From positions 39,372,001-39,436,000 of the forward strand of contig NC_087251.1 of NCBI RefSeq assembly GCF_037042905.1: a stretch of 64,000 bases of DNA. Direction: 5' to 3'. The notes beneath the pieces were generated by a model. That model saw only the letters and a program-made list of their open reading frames with translations, was not told where the DNA came from and did no database searches. Below, piece by piece: positions 1-12,306 of the stretch (position 1 is the first letter of the stretch; the number at the start of each line of letters is the position of its first letter). This DNA comes from Lytechinus pictus. Taxonomy: Eukaryota. The position numbers were made by a program, and so were the translations under genes.

Positions 1-799
1 ACTAGTTTCTCTTTAGGATGCGGGTAAACTATAAACTTCTATGATTAACATCTGAAAACACGGCCGCACATCATTATTAAACTTTGAGAAATGAACCAAA
101 AAATTATACTCTTATCACACTCCCATAATGCCAGTCACACCAAATAAATCGACTTCAGATTGATCAAAGCTATTGCTTTATTTTTAATGACATATAATTG
201 GACATTCTGTAGTCGCCTACGTTGGTGTGATTGTAACATCGAATGACCCTCAAATGAACCCAGGCACATATATAGTACTATGACCAGACACTGAACCACT
301 CTCTGCCAGCTACTATAAATCAGTCTTTTCTCATACAACAGTAATGATACAGGATAGGTTATCACAATATCAATGATATATGCTTCAGTATGTTGTTTAT
401 GTATGTAGGTTAAATTGCGAAGGCAGCACCATTTCTCATATCTCCTCATCTGCAGCTATTTGCAAAGGCATATGTCCTTGGAAGCACACAAACAAAGATG
501 AACTATTGTTATCTGTCTACAGTTCCGCAAAAATTGTTTCAACTTATTTTCCTCGGTTGTCATGAACACTGTCGTTTATCTAAACTCTGATATCAATTAT
601 TCATCATAAAATGAAATAAAGCTAAGAAATACAAAGGTGTACTTACAATTCATATATTAAATTGTTATTGGTACCATATTGCTTATCAGTGATATTCAAA
701 TAATAAAGACAAAAAGACAAATTTCCCTTTTTTAAGAAAGTGAGTAATAAAGGGCTAAAAGTAAAAGGAGCAATTTTATCACCAATGTAATCAATGAAT

Positions 800-1590
800 C
801 TAGGATAGAATTTTCCTCACTATTTTAACATCTACCTAAGATCATAGAATGGGGTTGGCATTAGCAAGGGTCTAAGGGCACAAGATATACAGTGGTGCTC
901 AAAAGTTATTGAACCCCACCAGAAAATGAAGATATTTTTAAGTGTTCAAAATCTGTCATGTTCTAGATATTCAATTGTGAAGTCAGGTGATGAAATATTA
1001 TATTCAATAAAGTAAAAGTTTGTTTCTCTGGGCTCAGCCAATAACTAAAGTGTTGTTGTCTGCATTTGAGCACTTTTGAGCGCAACTGTAAATCTACATA
1101 AATTTGAATGCAATAATATTGATGTCATTCATATTGATAATATGTAATTTGGAAGTTGGATTTAGATTTCTCTGAACTTCTTTAACATCTACCTAAGATC
1201 ATCTAAGGATCAAAGGGCATCAGATATAGATCTATTTAAATGCATTATCAACATTCACAATCATAAACAATTAAATCCTGTGTCAATCAAAAGTCTTCTT
1301 TATAATTCCCCTAACTACTTCCTCATCTACTTTAGATCATTAAATAGCAAGATCAGCATTACACCGGTCTAAGTGCACCAGATATAGATGTACATGTATG
1401 TTTTTAATCAAGGTCAATTACAATCACAAACAATCCTCTCTCATTCAAGAGTCTGGTTTATAATTCTAATACTTCTTTTACATCTATTTTTAGATACTTT
1501 TAAGGGTGTATTGCTAACACGAAGGGAACAAATGGCATATACAATACAGATCTACTTTACATTAATGAATAATGATTTTAACTCTTTCAC
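800..1590. repeat. Decayed local tandem repeat, about 4 units of ~150 bp
   Basis: Recurring tttaacatctacctaagatcat...aagggcacaagatatagatct-like motif near 822, 1180, 1325 and 1478. Confidence 0.55.
890..1088. mobile_element. Tc1/mariner-like MITE (~200 bp)
   Basis: Imperfect TIRs CAGTGGTGCTCAAAAGT / ACTTTTGAGCGCAACTG with TA on both sides (888-889, 1089-1090). Inserted into a decayed local tandem repeat. Confidence 0.75.
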
Positions 1591-2221
1591 TACTGCACCG
1601 TATCAACAAAAAAGAATAAAAGGAATTCAAGAAATTATATTTTACTATTTTCATTCCATGAACATTGCTTTGACAAGTACTCTCGGGAAATTTCTGTGCA
1701 CTAAGCCAAACACATAGAACTGACACTAATCCTAATTCATCTTTCCAATGTTCCTAGTTTACAATGCAACCACTACCCAAATCCTTTACAATTGATTAGA
1801 AACATCCATTTCCAGCATATTATGCATAACACATATGCATTGGGGCAAGGCCTGCATTACTGCATTTGTTGATACATCCATACCGATTTCATATGAATTC
1901 CTTCCTGCTGTAGCCTATTCATGCAATTTATTTTCAAGTTTGATTCAGCTACATGTCCCGAGGCACACCGCCTTTTGGAGACGGGTCTTAGTCATGCATT
2001 TCTTATGCGGGACGGGTAAAAGGTGCATTTATCTCGTTTATCTTTGGAATGTGAGCCGATACAGTTGGAGTGGAGGTTGAGGAGAAGAAAGGGGGTCATA
2101 GACGGCGATGTTTATCTCTGCATCCAGCCACTTGTTTGTACGCGAGCAAGGCATCAGGTGATATCTTAATGGGTTAGGAGGATGAAAGAGGAGAGGGAAG
2201 AGATGAAGATGGTGGAAGACG

Positions 2222-2700
2222 GGGTAGATGGGTCATTTAGGAGTGGGGGAGGGAGGGGGGCTGGCGGAAGTGCATTTGGCAGTGTATCTGGTCCAGGAGC
2301 TGAGGGTGGTGGTGGTAGTGTATTTGGTAGTGCATTTGGCAGTGTATCTGGTCTAGGAACTGAGGGTGGTGTGGAAGTGCATTTGGTACCGTCTGTGTGT
2401 TTGGGAGCAGAGGGGGGGGGGGTGCATCTAAGAGTGTATATCTGTGGGAGGGGGGTTGGCGGAAGTGCGTGTGGGTGTGTGTACGTCTGGGAAGAGGGGG
2501 GGGGGTGGAAGTGTATGTGGGTGCATGTATGTCTGGGAAAAGGGGATTTTGGGAAAAGCATTTGGGTGTGTGTATGTCTGGAAAGAGATGGTAGTAGAAA
2601 AGCATGGCGTAGTGTGTATGTCTGGGGTGGTGGAAGCGCATGTGGGAGTGTTTGCCAGAGAGCAAAGGGGGGAAATGCATGTAGTGCACCAAGACGGGTG
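2222..2700. repeat. G-rich degenerate minisatellite
   Basis: Recurring ggaagtgcatttgg..gtgtatctgg units separated by G runs. Explains the overlapping low-complexity ORFs here. Confidence 0.8.
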
Positions 2701-3008
2701 AGAAAGGAACAGAGATTGATGGACTCTGAAAGGTTAATGTAATTATACAATTAGCAAAACTTGATGTACCTGATGTACATGCTTAAAAAGGAGAAAGGAA
2801 ATCAAAAGGAAATGCAGACTGTACAGACAAGAGACCAATGAAGGAGACCGAGACTAGCCAGACAACAATCATGGAAATAGACAACAATAAAAGATCTTTT
2901 AGTACAATCTAAGAGATATGGAGAAGAAATCCTAAGCTTAAAGGTAAAGAAACAGAAAGACTTCAATGAAGATAACAGTCAGAGAAAAAAATCAACGCAA
3001 AAATTTAT

Positions 3009-3287
3009 AAATATAGATAAGACGAGAAAATAGTACAGTAATTTTTTTTATGTTGTCTCCTGCATCCTTCGAGGAAGCTCTAAAACATCAGTAAGGGAAA
3101 TTAAATCAGAAATGATTTCTTGGATTGAAAAAAAATCATCACAAAAATTTCTAAAAATATAGATAAGACAAGAAAATAATACAGTAATTTTTTTTATGTT
3201 GTCTCCTGCATCCTTTAAGGTATCGCTCTAAAGCATCAGTAAGGGAAATTAAATCAGAAATGATTTCTTGGATTGAACAAAAATATC
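3009..3287. repeat. Tandem duplication, 2 copies, ~146-bp period
   Basis: aaatatagataagac...gatttcttggattgaa occurs at ~3009 and ~3155. Confidence 0.85.
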
Positions 3288-3630
3288 TACATAAACAGTT
3301 TTGGTATATTAAATAAAAACACACACAAGATAGAATTATCGTATGAATGCATCCTTCATCATATACTTCCAATTACTATGTTTGTGCAGTTTCAAGCTCC
3401 TGGCATGGCCGTAAAATGTGCCGGGATCAATATGCCCTAGAAAATATCTGTCCAACACACACACACAAGTTCCGTCAACAAGTCCATTCATCATACAAAG
3501 TGGATCAAGTGACTCATCTATCCATTAAATCCGTCAGATAATGGCGATGATGGAGGCACCCATGATCGGGGGGGGGGGGGGAAATGGGGACCATGGGAGA
3601 GTCATTGGGGATAGTGTTATGGGGATTGCA

Positions 3631-3809
3631 TAGTCTGCAGGCACAGACCCTGATTGAAACTTTGATCAACAAGTGTGTCTCCACGCAAAGACTAGCACAT
3701 ACAAAACTTGCTGTTTCATTTCCTGAGTGAGAGGGCCTTCAGTACACAAGGCATGAGTAGGCTGCAATACAGACCCTTTACTCGAGTGAAGGGTTTGCAC
3801 AGCAGACTA
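3631..3809 (+). mobile_element. Non-autonomous DNA transposon with TAGTCTGC TIRs and 9-bp TSD (copy 1)
   Basis: TAGTCTGC...GCAGACTA flanked by perfect direct repeat gggattgca. A near-identical copy lies at 55813-55992. Confidence 0.9.
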
Positions 3810-3861
3810 GGGATTGCATAGGAGAATCATTGTAGATGAATCATTGTGGATGTTGTCATAG

Positions 3862-4164
3862 GGGGAGTGTTTCATGAAGCAGCTTGTCTGTGATTTTTCA
3901 CTGACTAATTAGTTCTGAGCCAATCAGATGCAAAGATTTCAGTAGCTTATAACAATTCACTGCCTAATTAGTTCTGACCCAATCAGACACAAAAAGTAGT
4001 AGCTTATGAGAGAAGGACCGATGAAAGGAAATCGGTAACCACAGGAAATCAATGGAGATATCTTTATGGGTGACTTATTCTGAGCCAATCAGATGCAAGG
4101 ATTTCAGTAGCTTACAACAATAATCAGTGAACATCACCAACTACTTGTTTCATGAAATGCTCCC
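3862..4164 (+). mobile_element. PIF/Harbinger-like MITE with internally repeated CCAATCAGATGCA core
   Basis: Ends gggagtgtttcatgaa / ttcatgaaatgctccc. Family copies at ~19960-20090 (same orientation) and ~32020-32220 (mostly inverted). Confidence 0.7.
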
Positions 4165-5546
4165 ATGGGAGCGAATGGGGAATACCATCTCCAAGATGGG
4201 TGTTTAAACAAGATATTTGAACTACCACTACTGCATCAATACTACTACTAATTCAATATGAAGCAGGGTGCTGTATTGTGATTTCATTGTTGTCTTTGAC
4301 TAGTAGAAGACTGGGTCACCAATCCTCAGCCCCCATGCGACAGGTAGTACCAAGCTACATGTTATCGGTAGCAAGTCATTCCAAGATTGGGCAGAAATCT
4401 TCCCAAACATATATATGTTTACATAGGAAGACCGACATGACATGTACCCGTTGGATACACAAACCTGGTAAACCCTGTATCAAGATCATGAGGGTGTGAA
4501 TGATTCAGCAGTCAACAATTTAATCTATTTAATTTTAATTTAATCTTCTGGTTCTCAACACAAGATTTCATTGGAGACTTCCATCTCAGGGCCTATTTGA
4601 CAGAACTTATTGCCAATGAAATGTTTTTCAAGTACTTGTTACTGTTAGAAACAACATGTACTGAAATGACGTCTGATTGATCAAAAGCAAATTTGTTATA
4701 GAATTGTAACATTTGTTGATGTATAACAGTAACAAATTAAGGGTTTTGAAAAAGAAGGGCTGCAGAGAACAAATCTGAAAATAGAAGCCTGCAAATGACA
4801 ATTTTCTTATATTTAGCTTTAAAATTTTTAATGAAAGTTCCTCAAAATACAGAAGGGGCGAGTGTCCCTTGCACCCCCATCTGGATCCATAACTGTCAAG
4901 CTTTATGAAACAGGCACTAACTCTATGAATGACATCAGACCCCCATCATTCGTCATTGGACAGGGATTTGAGGGGGATCTTAGAGGGGTTTAGAGAGCTG
5001 GGGAGAGTCTAATTGAGAGTGACACCATTCATCCTATCATCCTACCCAGCAGAGCTCATCAAGCCCAAGAAATTATCTGGCAAGATCAAAATGAAAATGG
5101 TGTATAGTTTTGAGAGGTAATGGGGGACTACAGAGACATCTCCATGTTTCAATGACGCCAATAATCGAACAATGACCCCATTACTTGAAATAATATCCCG
5201 GTACCCAAGGGCGTCCCATCTTTTAAATACCAATTTGTATTCATTGATATTTGCTTTTATAGGGTTTAACTTTGTTAAAGATTCAGAACTGGAGCAATAC
5301 AATTTATTTCTCAATAGTCTACATGTATATCGGTAGTATAAGCTGCCTAGAGGGTTATATTATTAAAAGATCAAGGTTGATTTTGTCCATGCATGATTTG
5401 GTTGATATGGAGAAGTGCATACATTCCCAATTCTTAATGTATACAATATCATTTCATCTATTCACCACTTTATCAGCCATTAGCCATGTGGACTGGAGTG
5501 TGTAAACTGCCGAAGTGAAAATCCAGATGTTGCATTGACACTCTTT

Positions 5547-6056
5547 TATGCTTTTCACATTGCATTTCCTAAACCCCATACTATCCTTAACCCCGGACTA
5601 TCCTTAACCCCATACTATCTTTTTTTTATTCACACTGTCTTTCTTATCCCCATACTATTTGCTAAGCCGGGGTTAACGCCTTGACCCCGGACTATCACAT
5701 AGCTCATGAATATTCATGATTTTACCATACAGAGCATGATTAATGTGCAATTTCAACTTCTGTGATTGGTTAACGCTTAGCCCCACTTTTCCTTAGCTCC
5801 GCTTCGTTTCACACCGCATCTCTTAGCACCGCAATTGTGGTGCTAGCACCAAAATAAGCCGGCTAACCCTGCTTTTTTGCAGGGCCAGATTGTACCGTAC
5901 TATTTACCGTGCTAGCCCACTTTGCTAAAACGTAGTGTGAAAACGATGTGGGCTAAGCTTAACCCCGGGAAATTGGTGGGGCTAAGACCCCCCCCCCCCC
6001 CTTAGCCCCACCAATTTTCCGGGGTTAAGGAAAAAAAGTGCAGTGTGAAAAGCATA
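5547..6056. mobile_element. PIF/Harbinger-like MITE with cttaacccc subrepeats and an internal hairpin
   Basis: TIRs TATGCTTTTCACA..TGCA / TGCAGTGTGAAAAGCATA, 3-bp flank ttt/ttt. Near-perfect ~29-bp stem with a poly-C loop at ~5958-6029. Confidence 0.8.
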
Positions 6057-6083
6057 TTTATGATGTTGGAAGGAGTACACTTT

Positions 6084-6483
6084 AGGGCCATTTGCACCAG
6101 CCCCATTTTTCATATTATTGCACTACTTCTGATCCGGCAAATTATCCTGAAATGAACAATCTCAAGATTATTTGTAATGGAGACCCAATCATCGTGATAG
6201 TTCGCTGGATTAATTTTTAAAAATGCAATCCTAAGTCAACTTACGATTATTTGCAAAATAGCGCGCTATTTACAAATTATCCTGCTAATTCGCAGGTGCA
6301 GACGCTCTCGGATTATTTATTTACGGCATCAGACCGTAATGCATCGATGCCTCGCTCAAGCACGAATTGCTCTTCTTGCGCTGGTGGAGATGGGATTTCT
6401 TAAATCTCGAGATTAATCCCGAAGAGGGCCGATTGGGCTAAAATCTCGATATTAAGCAAACTCGGGCTGGTGCAGCACCGCCT
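6084..6483. mobile_element. PIF/Harbinger-like MITE (~400 bp)
   Basis: Imperfect TIRs aggg..tgcaccagccc / gggctggtgca..gcct; flanks ttt/ttt. Confidence 0.65.
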
Positions 6484-6658
6484 TTTATTCTCCCAAAGAA
6501 TCTGATGAATTCCAAGTATATTCTACTCTTTGCATTCTGATTCAATTTTAATGGGATTATAATGAGAATTCACCTTTCAATACTTTATCAAAATCTTGTG
6601 TTCTTTACACACCATAATACTTATTTCTATTTCATAGATGTTACTCAAGCACTCTAAC

Positions 6659-6843
6659 CAGGGGTGTGAGTGGTCACAAATAAAAAGATCTGAAAAAAAG
6701 CTGAAGAGTATTGAAAAAGTCTGAAATAGAAAGAGCTCCCATACTTTTTGTACAGAGGAAGGCCAAAAATAAGCTGAAATTTAGCTGAAAATCAAAACAA
6801 AAAAATCTGAAATCAGATAAAAATCTGAACTCTCACACCCCTG
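6659..6843. mobile_element. hAT-like MITE (185 bp)
   Basis: TIRs CAGGGGTGTGAG / CTCACACCCCTG, perfect 8-bp TSD actctaac, internal repeated aaaatctgaa motifs. Confidence 0.9.
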
Positions 6844-8887
6844 ACTCTAACCAAATGTTAGCTTATCTGGTAGAAATAAGAAGTGAATTATTGCAAATCT
6901 GAGTTGAAGGAATTGCACAGATGTGCATTTTTAAATCATATGCATGCAAAGTGTAAATTGTTCTTTTTTGTTTGATGATTGCAAAATGGAAAAGAATTAA
7001 TACAATAAATGTATGTTAATAGCTTTACCATCAATAGGCAGAATTTGATTTCAGACAGAAAAAATTCAAGTCCATTACAACCTCGAAGGAAATATACCAA
7101 CAAAAATTTGGAATAACATATATACAGGCAATGAGATTAGCATGAGGACAGATAACAGCCCTGAAATTAATCACGGAAAATAACACATCGAAGGGAGCAT
7201 TGGATTATTTGAAGAAAATAAAGAGATTCGGTCTTGAAAATAAGATAAAAATTGAAATATATCATGGCCAGGAACTATTTTTGATAATGCAGTTATCCGT
7301 TTAAGGGGTAAACACATCTATTATTCCATCTTCACTTTGAATACAATTGTCATCTGCTCCATCTAACCCTAAACAGCCATTTCCTGCGACATCCTGCTAT
7401 GACGTCGGTGCAATGCAGTCTTCACTGTCAATGTAGAGTACGGTATTCAGGGTCTATAGGCATTCACTCCACGACCTCTACTATGAATAGACTGCGCACA
7501 GGACAGGCATCATTGTGAATTATTTACAAAGTAAGGCAAAAATACTCCTCGTCCCGAAGGCCGCTTGGATCACATCTTTCAGGCTCACATTATACAATGA
7601 GGCCTGTTCCTATACCCGGCTCATGAATATCTTGTGCAAATTCAAATGCTCGTGGGGGATGTTTACGTACGTGCCTTCCACTGGGGACTGAGTTTGCAGA
7701 AGTGCCCATCGTAGCACAGCTCAGAATAAAGGATATATCCTGGGAAGGTGAAGGAAATCGCTGAATCTGCAAATGTTTCATTTGGAGGGCTAGAATAAGA
7801 TCTGGTGCCTCTCAAGGGATATGTCAAAGAAGATCAGGAACTATGGTGTTTACACATCAAATTTGATCACCATCTATCCATGACATGTCGTACATATATA
7901 ACATCTTGTCCCTTTCCTTGTATACTTTGCTTTATATATACATTTTTTCCTTATTCCACCTCTCCCTCCATCGCTCTTTTTCTCACTCCAATCAAATCAA
8001 TCAATCTTTCCATCTCTCCATAATTTGTCCTCTCCTTTACTCATCACCCTATATTATCAGTCCTTAATATATAGCAAAACTGCCTCGTCTGAAAATAGCT
8101 TTTAGTAAAGATGATTTATTGGACTTAATTACGGCTATCAGGGAGACATCAATTCTAATACCTGCTCACGAGGGCCTCCCGTACTGATGGGAAACCATTC
8201 TTCAGTTGATTTTAAATTCAGTCAAATAGATGGGATGACAAATCCTTATATTAAAAGAAAAAAAAATTCTTCATCTTGGATAAGAAAAAGTAAAATGAAT
8301 AAATACCGCTTTGACATCGTTTCTCTCGAGCAAGTTGAATCTTTGTTTGGGGGTGGGTTTTTTAGGGGGCATGATATCTCTCCTTGAAAGGGTGAGATTT
8401 TTAATTATAACACACCTAAATGTGAATATGATAATTCTTATAATTCAGATTTAATCAATTAATATGAAAGCAAACTATGTAAAAGCACAATATGCCATTT
8501 TTTGCTACTTTAACATCTACTAAAGATCACAGCAACAACAAAAAACTCCAATTGTATCCACGAAGAATATTATTTATTCAGGAAAAACTGGGCAATGGCA
8601 TATCAATGAATGCACCATTGTAAAATTTTACCAAATGTATTAGTTTTTATATTGTATTTTCACTCAGCTTTAAAAAGAAAAAATGGAGCAAAACCTTTGA
8701 TACAAGTCAAGTCGTGTGGATAAGAATTATATGCAAGATATGTGATGCCCTCTTTTACCACCAACCTTTTCTCTTCTCTAACTAGAGATAAATGTTGAAA
8801 AATATATACAAGACCAAACACATCACTAGAAAATGGCAAAAGACGGTCTGTGTAACATGAGAAGACTCAAAACCGCTGGGAGACAAG

Positions 8888-9198
8888 AGCCTGTGTTCTG
8901 AACTCGGGTTTAAAATAAACCTTGGTTTAAAGTTGTGGTTTAACTATGGAGAGCCAATTGGGGCAAAATCCCTAACAGCACACATTCAATTTATTAACTC
9001 ATACGACACCCAAATTGTTCATAATTGTCTGGGAATTATAACTGCAGTATTTTTCTTCATTATGAAAGCAAAAGGAAACAAAATCTTAAACATAAAATAT
9101 AGACAATATAAACAGAATATTTGAATGTTTGGCTTCCCATAATTTTAGCAAAGAGTTAGACCGTGGTCTAAGTTAAACCTGACTTCAGAATACGGGCC
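8888..9198 (+). mobile_element. PIF/Harbinger-like MITE
   Basis: Imperfect TIRs agcctgtgttctgaa / ttcagaatacgggcc, flanks aag/aag. A related inverted fragment lies at ~51570-51650. Confidence 0.7.
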
Positions 9199-9340
9199 AA
9201 GAAGCATAGGAGACGAGACAGGATGAAGAAGAGTACCAAGAGACAAGTAGAGGGTTAGTGTGAACAGGGAGAAAATATTCATTAAAAGCCACTCAATTAA
9301 ACACTATTCAAGGGCCTACCTCTGAGTACAGACAAATCAT

Positions 9341-9700
9341 CTACGAAAGAGACAGTAGAGAATGAGAGGGACACAGAGGCGGTGAAGGCGTGGATGAAAG
9401 GAGTCTACAGAGAGGTCTAGAGAGATGAGAGAGAAACAGAGGAACACAGAAAGTGATGGGAGACACAGAGAGAGAGAGAGAGAGAGAGAGATGGGGAAAC
9501 AAAAAAATAGACATAGAGAGGGATATAGACTGATACAGAGACAGATAGACCAATAGACTGAAAGAGACAGGAGATTGGGAGGACAGACGGAGACAGATAG
9601 ACAATAAGAAAGAGACAGGAAAAGAAACAAAGTGAAAGACAGAGAAAGAAGGCGAGAAAGAGACAGGGAAAGACAGACAGACAGACAAGAGAAAATAGAC
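9341..9700. repeat. GA-rich low-complexity tract with (GA)n core
   Basis: Purine-rich, pure (AG)n at ~9467-9491. Explains the Leu/Ser-rich minus-strand ORFs. Confidence 0.9.
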
Positions 9701-9979
9701 ATAATAACTGCTTCATTCTTTATTCTGTCCATCATCAAATACTCATTTGGACTGAGCACGATATAATGATGAAAACTCTCAATTGGTCCCAATGGACAGC
9801 TTGTCTTTTTTTTACACTGCTTTGTAGACATTGTTTATTGAAATAATGTCCAGTCAGAAGGACAAGTGATTTCCATGGTAATCAAATAAGGTAAATGCAC
9901 TATTTATTATATGTGTCTCCAGTAAACGATGATATTAAAGTGATCCTTAAACACTAATTTGGGAGTTGATGTTCTTTAA

Positions 9980-10553
9980 CGATAATCGAAAGAAAGTATG
10001 GCCTTTGTTTTGCAACTACTTCCAAATAGTGATCAGTCATGCATGAATGATTATGAATTGTTATTTGCAACAATGCATAATTTCAAACCTTGCTGTGATT
10101 ATTGAAGCGTATTGTGTAACACTTCATTGATCATGACTTATTTCCTTTTTTTCCCCGAGATGATGATATGCTTTCCTTTGATATACAGTTCTTAATATTT
10201 CAGTTGGTATTAGATTTCATAAACAATTTTAAACGAATTGATGCCTGACTGCTGTTGCACCATTGACTTTTGTACAGGGGTGTAATTAGATTCATTTTTG
10301 ATATTTCATTTCCTGTCAAAATGAATAAAACATGTGAAAAGGATCTGTATTTTGAATTTTATATGAAATGAAAGCATGTCATCTCATCTCTCAGAAAAAA
10401 CCGATAAGTCATGATCATTGAAGCATTACGAGTTATGCTTCAATGATCACAGAAAATATGCATTTTCATACTTAATGAATTATGATCATTCATGCGTGAC
10501 TGATAACAATTTGCAACTAGATGGAAAACAAAGACTATACTTTTCTCTTTGAT
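9980..10553. mobile_element. Old long-TIR non-autonomous element
   Basis: Arms of ~190 bp are diverged reverse complements (aaagtatggcctttgttttgc / gaaaacaaagactatacttt; cattgatcatgactta / taagtcatgatcattg). Ends are approximate. Confidence 0.6.
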
Positions 10554-10700
10554 ATGATATATTATTCAATAGAGTTTATGAAAGCCAGGTTACAAATTTT
10601 TTTACTTTATCATAGTCTATCCACTCATTTGTCAGTGTTTTTAATGTACAGTACACAAAAAAGTCTTGTAGACACTGTACATAAGATTGCATATGTATGT

Positions 10701-12306
10701 AAACCCCTCAAAAAAAGTTTGGAAATCTGAGTTTGGCCATTAATTTCTACGAACTCCCAATTTTACGCAATGCATATTTCACATCATTTAAAAGACCATT
10801 CAATTCTCTTTACAATGATACCATGCTTGTTATGATCATGCCATCACGAAAAGAGCAGGATTCAAAAGTGTTGGATGAAGTCTGAATTGAAAAGCTGCAA
10901 AACGAGCAAAAAAAGTTTGGAAATCTGAGTTTGGCTATTAATTTCTCCCAACTCCAAATGTTACACAATGCATATTTGATATCATTCAAACGATCATTTG
11001 ATTCTCTTTAAAATGAAATCATGCTTGTTATAATCATGCCATCAAAAAAAGAGCAGGATTCAAAAGTGTTGGATGAGGTCTGAATTGAAAAGCTGCAAAA
11101 CGAGCAGAAATAGACATGAAGGGTCAATACAGAACATGATTCTTTTGTCTGTGTCAATAGAGATGAAAATCCTTTCAAATCAAGCCCCTGCTTCTTCATT
11201 TTTTATGTTTTGTTGTGGTTTATGTAGTGATCGTTTGTTTGTTTGTTATGTGTTTGCTTGTGCAGAGGTGTGTTTGATTCCATGTTAATGTTGATTTTAA
11301 GGTACTTGAAAACAATTAAAAGAAACCGCTGAGAAACTCACTCATCACCACGGAAAAAAGAACAGTGACTTTCAATATTGTGTAATTTTGCAACTTTTGA
11401 ATTTTGACCTTGCCCCACATTTCAAGGCACTGCACCTCCATGTGAACCATAATCATATCATGTAAAGTATCATTTTAAAGAAAATTAGATGATCTATTCA
11501 TTGATATTAACTACACATTGATATTTACTAAAACCGAGGAGGGATTATTGATCAAAGTCAAAAGAAACCGCTGAGAAACTCACTCATCACCACGGAAAAA
11601 AGAACAGTGACTTTCAATATTGTGTAATTTTGCAACTTTTGAATTTTGACCTTGCCCCACATTTCAAGGCACTGCACCTCCATGTGAACCATAATCATAT
11701 CATGTAAAGTATCATTTTAAAGAAAATTAGATGATCTATTCATTGATATTAATTACACATTGATATTTACTAAAACCGAGGAGGGATTATTGATCAAAGT
11801 CAAAAGAAACCGCTGAGAAACTCACTCATCACCACGGAAAAAAGAACAATGACTTTCAATATTGTGTCATTTTGCAACTTTTGAATTTTGACCTAGCCCC
11901 ACATTTCAAGGCACTGCACCTCCATGTGAACCATAATCATATCATGTAGGGTATCATTTTAAAGAAAATTGAATGATCTATTCATTGATATTAATTACAC
12001 ATTGATATTTACTAAAACCGAGGAGGGATTATTGATCAAAGTCAAAAGAAACCGCTGAGAAACTCACTCATCACCACGGAAAAAAGAACAATGACTTTCA
12101 ATATTGTGTCATTTTGCAACTTTTGAATTTTGACCTAGCCCCACATTTCAAGGCACTGCACCTCCATGTGAACCATAATCATATCATGTAGGGTATCATT
12201 TTAAAGAAAATTGAATGATCTATTCATTGATATTAATTACACATTGATTGACACGAGGAGGGATTATCGATCAAAGTCAGATTTCCAAACTTTCTTTGAG
12301 GAGTTT
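10701..12306 (+). mobile_element. TA-flanked TIR element (Tc1/mariner-like MITE) expanded by internal tandem duplications
   Basis: TIRs AAACCCCTCAAAAAAAGTTTGGAAATCTGA / TCAGATTTCCAAACTTTCTTTGAGGAGTTT. Contains a 198-bp duplication and four 242-bp units. An unexpanded inverted copy lies at ~57322-57920. Confidence 0.85.
11321..12279 (+). repeat. Tandem array, 4 x 242 bp, inside the MITE
   Basis: agaaaccgctgag starts at 11321, 11563, 11805 and 12047. Confidence 0.95.

Noticed and set aside
2166..2750. Overlapping 150-194 aa Pro/His/Gly-rich ORFs
   Set aside because: Open in several frames on both strands because of a G-rich minisatellite; no splice or homology support.
9337..9831. Hydrophobic Leu/Ser-rich ORFs
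   Set aside because: Translations of a CT/GA low-complexity tract.
11321..12279. Possible CRISPR-like array
   Set aside because: Contiguous 242-bp units with no unique spacers, inside a eukaryotic MITE; no cas genes.
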